From a virus, in the IMG/VR virus record IMGVR_UViG_3300050821_005389, positions 53,044 through 117,043 of that record: a stretch of 64,000 nucleotides of DNA; one strand, given 5' to 3'. Under the pieces are notes generated by a model, which searched no databases, had not been told where the DNA came from, and saw nothing but the letters and a program-made list of their open reading frames with translations. Positions 57,577-64,000 of the stretch are shown one piece after another (position 1 is the first letter of the stretch; each line of letters opens with the position of its first letter). The translations under genes and the position numbers were made by a program.

Positions 57577-57680
57577 AGCACCCGCAGGCTCACGTTACTC
57601 CCGTACCGCAGCCCGGCCACTCGGCTCTTCCTATCGGTTCGCACCTTTAAGGATTTTAGAGTAGTGACTGTGCGGGTGCT
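57577..57680 (-). ncRNA. 104-nt structured RNA candidate
   Basis: 10-bp stem AGCACCCGCA/TGCGGGTGCT extended by TCAC/GTGA and TACTCT/GGAGTA; inner stems ACCG/CGGT and AGCC/GGCT. Confidence 0.5.
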
Positions 57681-57685
57681 AAACC

Positions 57686-58012
57686 TTAGCGCCCATCTCT
57701 GGCGATAGTCTGTTTTAACGATCCCGATACCTTCTGGCCTACTAGCGTACTCTGATCGTCCAGAAAATACTCGTAAGCTACTAGAAGCTTCACGACTGGC
57801 TCCGGCGGCTCTTTCGCTGTTTTAGTAATGAACCAATTACGAGCCTTATTTTCTCGAGTCTCGACGCGACCGCGGTTTGACGACTTAGCATCAGCGCGAG
57901 GACACTGCTCGTGAAAGTACAATCTCCGTGAATTCCCACCGCTGTTTTCTGTCTCTGCATAAGCTCTAGTACCGATTACCGAAATACCGCAATGATGACA
58001 TTCGTAGGCCAT
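57686..58012 (-). CDS. Zn-finger-like hypothetical protein
   Basis: CHHC...FHEQC; GAGGAG upstream. Confidence 0.55.
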   Translation of the reverse strand: MAYECHHCGISVIGTRAYAETENSGGNSRRLYFHEQCPRADAKSSNRGRVETRENKARNWFITKTAKEPPEPVVKLLVAYEYFLDDQSTLVGQKVSGSLKQTIARDGR

Positions 58013-58017
58013 TTCTA

Positions 58018-58046
58018 TTTGTAACTCCTCTCAGAATAAATGTCAA
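58018..58046 (-). promoter_or_regulatory. Sigma70-type promoter
   Basis: TTGACA-17-TACAAA. Confidence 0.45.
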
Positions 58047-58378
58047 GAACTTTTTTGCTTTTTGGCAACATTTTGCAATACACGATCAGCGGTCTTTCTA
58101 GAAGCGAAAAGGAAAGCATCCATTTTCTCTATTTCTTTGGCCAAATTCTGTTGACTGTTGCAAACCCCGAATTCCTTTTTGCAATGCGGGCAAACGTAAA
58201 GCATTTTCATTCTCCGTTTAGAATTTTAATTTTAAAATCACTCTATAGATCCCGTGGAAGTTTCGGACTAGGCCGACAATTAAATATACGATTAGCGCCA
58301 CCACAACGATACCGGACACGGCATATAGCAGCGCGCCTAATATCAACAGCCAGCCGATCGAGTGCAATGCTTCTAGCA

Positions 58379-58756
58379 CTACTCTGTTCCCGTGCCGATG
58401 ACGTTAACTCCGAAGCTCTGGCCGTCTTCTAGCTTCGTAACAGTCACAACGCCGGATCGCAAACCAGTAGCTGACGGCTTGAATATAATCGCCACGAAGC
58501 AGGTTTGCTTTGAAAGAAGGCCGCAATTTGGCTGTTGTACACTGAATTGGGGGTTATCAGAAACAACATTGACTGCTACGGGCGCCGTACCGATGTTCTT
58601 GACAGTGAAGTAAGTCAATGAGCCAGAATATTGACCGACCGTTTCACTGCCACAATCTAAATTGCGTGGGGTTACTTGAATTGATCCGGATGTAGGTGAT
58701 TGAGCCGACGTTGCAAAAGCGATTCCGAGAACTGCTAACATCACGACTTTTTTCAT
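58379..58756 (-). CDS. Secreted Ig-like protein (choice-of-anchor D / ASPM-SPD-2-Hydin type)
   Basis: Signal peptide MKKVVMLAVLGIAFATSA; P..L..G...VG, V.N.G, F, C...C.V.I.F.P..TG...G, G.G. Confidence 0.75.
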   Translation of the reverse strand: MKKVVMLAVLGIAFATSAQSPTSGSIQVTPRNLDCGSETVGQYSGSLTYFTVKNIGTAPVAVNVVSDNPQFSVQQPNCGLLSKQTCFVAIIFKPSATGLRSGVVTVTKLEDGQSFGVNVIGTGTE

Positions 58757-58787
58757 TGTTTTCTCCTTTTTAACTTGGCCCGATGCT

Positions 58788-58816
58788 TTAATACCAAAAC
58801 CAAGGAAAGATGTCAA
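58788..58816 (-). promoter_or_regulatory. Sigma70-type promoter
   Basis: TTGACA-17-TATTAA upstream of the Ig-like gene. Confidence 0.6.
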
Positions 58817-58849
58817 GAGAAATCAGAAACAAATGTACATTGTTTTTGT

Positions 58850-59293
58850 TTATGCTCTACCGCGACCGTGGCAATGCTCGCACACTTTCCAGGCTTTACG
58901 TTCTTCGTATTTCTGTTCTGCATGCAATCTATTTCCAGCTTCTTTCTCTGGTCTCTCCGGACCAGCGGCATCGAATAGCGGCCACAGTTCCTTTGGGTAG
59001 CTCGGATAACAGGGGTACTGAGGGCGCATCTTTCTCTTACGGCAAGCATAAACGGTGCCCGCGTAAGCCGAACCGCCCACTCCGAGAACTCTTTCGCAAT
59101 CTAAAATAGTCTCGTGGAGCAGTGGCAAGTCACTCGGCGTGATGTCTTCAGCATCGGCGCAGGCCCAATAAAACAGGTCATTGCAATTTTCTGCGATAGA
59201 AATGCCATCGTCAGTGTCGAAGTAAAACATATCTACGGCCATATCGCGCTCAATCAAGAAACGCAAAACCTCTATTGCTTCAGCGTCTTTCAT
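58850..59293 (-). CDS. Conserved phage protein with C-terminal CxxCxG
   Basis: CNDLF.WA.AD.E.I, R..RPQ; ATGA overlap. Confidence 0.6.
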   Translation of the reverse strand: MKDAEAIEVLRFLIERDMAVDMFYFDTDDGISIAENCNDLFYWACADAEDITPSDLPLLHETILDCERVLGVGGSAYAGTVYACRKRKMRPQYPCYPSYPKELWPLFDAAGPERPEKEAGNRLHAEQKYEERKAWKVCEHCHGRGRA

Positions 59294-59538
59294 CGTCCCA
59301 AGTCCTCTACTTTCACACCACATCCGAGATAATCAAATTGTGCTCCAGCCCAACCATAAGCTTCCCAATGGGCTATTTGACCCGATGGCGAATTTGTTAA
59401 AGTACAAGTCACCTTGTATTTCTCGGGGTGTTTGGCATACCAACGATCAGCATCGTGCTTTCCGACCTGATACCATCCGAAGCAACCTACAATGAGTATT
59501 AGCACGTATGCAAAACCAGCTACGATCCCTTTAATCAT
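59290..59538 (-). CDS. Small membrane protein, paralogue of 61500..61748
   Basis: TM helix followed by DRWYA.HP. Confidence 0.55.
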   Translation of the reverse strand: MIKGIVAGFAYVLILIVGCFGWYQVGKHDADRWYAKHPEKYKVTCTLTNSPSGQIAHWEAYGWAGAQFDYLGCGVKVEDLGR

Positions 59539-59558
59539 TTTGCCTCACAATTACGTAG

Positions 59559-61748
59559 TCACTTAATTTTAGGCCCCGCGCCAGATAAGGCAGCCTCCAG
59601 CGCAGCGATTCGGTGGCACCATACGCAGTTACAGTTCGCTTCGTGAATCCACTTCGGGTCTATCTCTCGCCTCCACCACTTTGCTTCTTCAAGTTGCGCT
59701 GCGGCCCGTAGCTCTGTATGGGAGGACGCTGCCTGGCGGACGACCGCGTGACCGTGAGGAAAAAGTCCGTAGCAGTCCGGGCATTCAACCATCAGCCTTC
59801 CGCATGGAGTCATCATCAGTCCAAACTCTTCTCTCTGCGATGGAACTGCACGTGGCGGCTCGCTGGCTGGAGGCTCTGCCTTTGGCAAGTGATGGTTCTT
59901 TGGCAGGTTGCAAGGCTCCGGCTCGTTGCACGTGCATTCAACTGGATAATCATGGTCGCAACAATGGCAGCATCCCGCCTTGTGTACTCCGGTTGGACAT
60001 GGCTCGCTCATTTTCCCTTTTCCCCTTTCTGCCCCGCAAAAATAAACTGCTTTGCGCTTAAGTGCGAAGTCCAGTTCGCGCAACTACCAATCCAATTCAA
60101 AAGAGAACGGCTTCACGCGATGCTCAGTGTCGAATGCTCGAATAAATGCGCAGACATTGTCAGGAAACCTGATGCACCTATTTCCAGTCTTCTCGCTACA
60201 AAATCCGAACGTGTACACCCAGGTCGGAGCGATTCCCCTTCGACGCAATGCTAAGAATACTGGGCAAGCATCACCCTTGCTGCTTTTACCTTTCTGAATA
60301 TCTTGCTTTGTGACTCGTATTTTCACTTGCGCTCCCCTTTCTGCCCTGGCTGTGCGGCCAGCGTGCATCTGTGCAGCGTCCAGTTTGTGTTGGGATAAAT
60401 CGGGGTGCTCGGATAATCGAATTGCTCCCCGCCGGACTCCAAAGCCAATCTGCAAACAAGCTCTCCGCATCCTTCGCATTTATGCGGCCCGTAATAGACT
60501 AGCGCTGGGTCGAGCGTTATCTCAAGAATGCGATTGTCTCGCTGCGTTTGTCCGCATTCCGCTCCCGTTGGCTCCGGCGTGGGCGCTGCACGCATATTCC
60601 ATAGAGCATCTATTAGCAACTCCACGCAATTCTTACCTGGATTGTCGAATACCATCTGCTGCAAATCCATCCCTCTCTCTTTAGCCCACGCGAAGCAAGG
60701 TAGAACATAATCGCGCTCATAGTCCGGTCCCGTGGGCGTGGCTGGTGCGAGGGAGCGTTCGGCGGCGGCGATACTGTAATCGGGAGTGTCGTTTCTCATT
60801 GCCATTGCACACGCATACGCTCCCTGAATTTGAGAATCCGAAAGTTCATTCTTGCCCTGACGGATTCTCTCGGCACACCACGCCTCTATTGCGTGCGGCG
60901 CTGCGGTGTCGCGTCCCAAAAGAACAAACAGCATTTCGGTCTCAGTGGCGCGATTCAAACAACTGCTTGGCTCAGATAGCTCCTGCTTCTTTCTCATCGT
61001 CGGTCTCCCTCACGTCACTTGGTTGGGTCATGGCATTTGCCTCGCAATCACGTTGGGAATCGTACAGATATTTAGATGCTCAGTGTAAAGTTCCATTGCC
61101 TTCTCTGCCCGTTGGGTTTCGGCCCACGCGTACTCTCTAAGCCACTCTCTCAATTCGTGAACGTCCCAGGGCATTCGGCCCTTGCTATTTGTGAACATCA
61201 CAGCAGTATCTATCCTAAATTTGAGATTCGGTTTCATTGCGTCGTCCATTCCCCCCTCCCCTTGAATCGGCGGCATCAGCGCGGGCCGATTTCACGCTTG
61301 GTTAGCGGTCGCAAATCTTTCCCTTTCCACCACACTTGCCCGTAGATGCCACGCTGATTTGAGTAAACAGTCGGCCCTTTGAAATGCAAGTGGGAGCGCA
61401 CGCTACGAATTTTGATGAACGTATCCCGGTTATGAATAACACGCACAACTTGCCCCACGCGAAACTTCGGCTTGCGCTTCGGCTTCCTGTCAGCTTGGGT
61501 CATCGGGTTTCCTCAAATCTGCAAGGTGCCTCGCTCTTACAGGGCTGATTGCATGGGAACTCTTTTCCTTCTGATGTGAAGCAGTGAAATTCCTGTGCCC
61601 ACTTGTGCGGGACTGCGTAAGTTATCGTGCAAGGCGGGTGTGCTGCGTACCAGCGGTCAATCCCTCGATGTTCACGGTGCACGATAAGAATTGTGCTGAA
61701 TATCCACAGGGCGGCTACAAAAATCACCTTGCTTATCTTGTCGCTCAT
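59559..61748 (-). other. Block of coupled small hypothetical genes (about 59559-60008, 60084-60326, 60323-60997, 61028-61276, 61276-61503, 61500-61748)
   Basis: Overlapping start/stop codons; 60323..60997 carries E.LFVLLGRD..AP..I..W; appears more GC-rich than its flanks. Confidence 0.55.
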
Positions 61749-61797
61749 TCTCTTTGGCCTCCTCGGGGCGCGGCGCTCATAATCACTTACTCGTTAA

Positions 61798-62854
61798 TTA
61801 CCACTCGTTCGATACTTCGGATTCCCTAAATTTCTTTACGCGCAAAGTGCAATCGGCACAAACAGGCAACGCGCCAGGTTTTGAGCGACACAAGTACGTA
61901 TGGCCTAAAATAAAACACGCCGTCCGATTCCAGATTAACACAAGCGGATGCTCGATCCAACGGGGCAATTTCAATCCACCTTTGCCAGCGTACCGCAATC
62001 TTTTTTCTGATAATGCTACACCTAACCTTCGCATAATTAGTCACCCGTTAATTCTGTTGTTTTCGTTCCTCTTCTACCGCTTCGCGCACAATTCTTTCTA
62101 CTTCTTTCATCACTTCGATATCTCCGCCCGCATTTGGATAACCTCGCAACGAACCTACAACCATATTTAACATGTCGGTTGACGATATAATCCAATGCTC
62201 TTGTGCATAGTCTTGCATCATCTGACGAGCTTCCCACAAGGGTTTATCAAACAGAGTCCAAGCGAATGCTAATAGCTCCCTTGTTTCTTGATCACTTAAA
62301 ATCATTTTCTATACCTCGCAAATTGCTCTATAAACCTCATGGAACTTTTATCCGATCCAGGAATTTTAGAGTTTATCTCCACACCGCGCATCTGCTGGCC
62401 CATGTAAATACGGCATGAATTTATGTGATGCCCGAAACGCGCAAGCCGGAGAACAATATAGACGTCCACCCGTAAGCCAAATCGCGCCTTTATTTCGGCA
62501 ATCCTTTTTAATCGCTTTCTTCGCTCGCATGATCGCTCCTAATTAATACTCGTTTGTTTACGCTTTAGACGTTCCAGCACGCACCACGTTCTTTTCAAAG
62601 TACTTTCGTGCCTTCTCTATGAACGCATTTGTTTCAACCTCGGTGCGAAAGACTTCTACATCTTGAGTCAATATCGTAGAGTAATCTAAATTACCATCGG
62701 GATTCAACACAGCGGCTTCCCAAGCGTATTTATAGGCATGAGCCATCGGCGAATTGATTAAGGACAAACCCCAACCGTTAGAAAACCTATACACTCTGTT
62801 AATGCCGCCGATCTCGTTAGGATTTTCCGATTCTAAATTTTTATTCGTTAACAT
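61798..62854 (-). other. Four small genes (61798-62034, 62048-62305, about 62366-62530, 62558-62854), mostly separated by junction sites
   Basis: RBSs present; 62558..62854 has an F.NG.G.S...WE.AV...L.Y.T....DV pattern. Confidence 0.55.
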
Positions 62855-62888
62855 TGTCTTGCCTCCTAATCAAATATTCATTGATTCT

Positions 62889-63431
62889 CTAACCCCACCG
62901 ACCGCAACTAGGGCATTTTAGCGTTCGCGGAGTTGAATCTTGCTCCCAAGACATTTTATATTTCTCTGGTTCAAGAACAAAACAAGCTATATGACGCCCT
63001 GTTCCTTTGCCAGCCGATTGATCTTCAGTAGCCAGCCAACGAACATCTCCGAGGTTCTTGATCATTGCGCCGGCCTTAACTAACATTAAAACCCATTTGT
63101 CAATCGGATAGACTAAAACAACCCGTTTACCTTTTTGATATTCCGCAATTGCTTTTCTAACCCAAGCAGTAGCGCCTTTCTTCTTATCTTCGTGCATCAC
63201 GGATCCGAATGGCGGATTAACATAATTTGACTTTCCCCATTCACAAGTTAATCCGTCAAAATCATCCGGCTTAGGATAGGGTGCCGGATCAAAATCGAAA
63301 TGGTACTGCGCGTCTAACTCGGCATACAATTCTGGTGGCGTCAACCAATAATGTTTAGCGTCACCCGTATTGCCCACATGAAACTTGTTCAGCTTAGGAT
63401 CCAATCGCCCCGACTTGTCTTTCTTAGCCAC
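62889..63431 (-). CDS. Phage DNA N6-adenine methyltransferase
   Basis: W.TP..L...L....F.FDP, DGL...W, VNPPF. Confidence 0.85.
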   Translation of the reverse strand: MAKKDKSGRLDPKLNKFHVGNTGDAKHYWLTPPELYAELDAQYHFDFDPAPYPKPDDFDGLTCEWGKSNYVNPPFGSVMHEDKKKGATAWVRKAIAEYQKGKRVVLVYPIDKWVLMLVKAGAMIKNLGDVRWLATEDQSAGKGTGRHIACFVLEPEKYKMSWEQDSTPRTLKCPSCGRWG

Positions 63432-63462
63432 CTAACCTCACAATCACTAAGTATTTGATTCT

Positions 63463-64000
63463 CTAATAACTCTCTGCCTCAATCCGAGTCAAGAAAAAAT
63501 GTATCCCGCCTCCGCATTCCGTCCAGCGATCCTCATTCCATTTGTCACAACGAACGATTTCACCCTTGCGGTACTCAGTCTTACCGTCATGACTTGAAAT
63601 TCCTAGATCGCTGCCGAACACACGCAATACTTGTACATATTCTGCCCGACATTTACGGCCAGAAGCATTAGATCGCTTTGCTTTTTGAGGGATCAAGAGT
63701 TTAACTATTACGTTGTCTCGACATTTCTTCCAACCTACCACATTTCCCTCGGATACTATACTTACCTGAGCTTGTGCCAATTCGCTATTTAACGCGCCGC
63801 TGAGGTCCGCTCTTCTGAGGTCCGCGCCGCTGAGGTTCGCGCTTCTGAGGTCCGCGCCGCTGAGGTCCGCGCCGCTGAGGTCCACGCTTCTGAGGTTCGC
63901 GCCGCTGAGGTTCGCGCTTCTGAGGTTCGCGCCGCTGAGGTCCGCTCTTCTGAGGTCCGCGCCGCTGAGGTTCGCGCTTCTGAGGTTCGCGCCGCTGAGG
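63463..64000 (-). CDS. Pentapeptide-repeat protein with C-terminal DUF5758-like domain (5'-truncated)
   Basis: A(D/N)L(S/R)(G/S/R) repeats open to the window edge; GWKK, IVKL.IP..AKRS, KCRAE, EC..GIHFF. Confidence 0.85.
   Translation of the reverse strand, partial: LSGANLRSANLSGADLRRADLSGANLRSANLSGANLRSVDLSGADLSGADLRSANLSGADLRRADLSGALNSELAQAQVSIVSEGNVVGWKKCRDNVIVKLLIPQKAKRSNASGRKCRAEYVQVLRVFGSDLGISSHDGKTEYRKGEIVRCDKWNEDRWTECGGGIHFFLTRIEAESY
63793..64000. repeat. 15-bp tandem coding repeat
   Basis: About 14 near-identical units of type GCGCCGCTGAGGTCC / GCGCTTCTGAGGTTC. Confidence 0.9.

Larger units (their letters stand above)
44842..63460 (-). repeat. Dispersed polar 19-bp gene-junction site AAWYA-N9-TRWTT (~20 copies)
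   Basis: Examples on + strand: 45367 AAACAatcgtttatTGTTT, 55565 AATTAgtgatacgtTAATT, 62035 AATTAgtcacccgtTAATT, 62868 AATCAaatattcatTGATT, 63442 AATCActaagtattTGATT. Confidence 0.75.

Noticed and set aside
62363-62371. Another ACTCTAAAA motif copy
   Set aside because: It is the stop codon region of a small ORF, with no surrounding structure
44842-63460. Classical integron attC sites or a diversity-generating retroelement
   Set aside because: No RYYYAAC...GTTRRRY long hairpins, no recognisable IntI insertion and no reverse transcriptase in the window
63793-64000. Tandem repeat as a CRISPR or guide array
   Set aside because: 15-bp in-frame coding units with no spacers
1-64000. Genome-wide TAG recoding
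   Set aside because: Long genes are intact in the standard code, and TAG ends genes where homology ends

Overview
This window is 64 kb of a tailed dsDNA phage or prophage. The host is inferred to be Acidobacteriota-like, based on Fn3, choice-of-anchor-D and chitobiase-C modules. 1-4.6 kb (+ strand): Fn3/Ig-like and Ser/Thr/Ala/Gly-rich virion or tail proteins. Everything after that is on the - strand: a 2638-aa secreted multidomain glycan-lyase-like protein; a GH108 endolysin; a ~14-kb sugar-nucleotide, glycosyltransferase and methyltransferase operon; a recombination/replication block (PD-(D/E)xK nuclease, UvrD, SSAP, PolA, primase, SSB, exonucleases); and a ~19-kb accessory region of small genes with a tyrosine recombinase, two DNA methyltransferases and three structured RNA candidates. 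The most striking unexplained signal is a polar 19-bp quasi-palindrome, AAWYA-N9-TRWTT. About 20 copies sit at gene junctions from 44.8 to 63.5 kb, often bounding single genes, and the recombinase lies inside the same region. This could be an integron-like cassette array or a stoperator-like repressor system. Other highlights are the soluble glycosylation system, a C5 methyltransferase split across two nested reading frames, and a circularly permuted Fn3 domain. All family calls come from motifs read by eye; no database searches were run.
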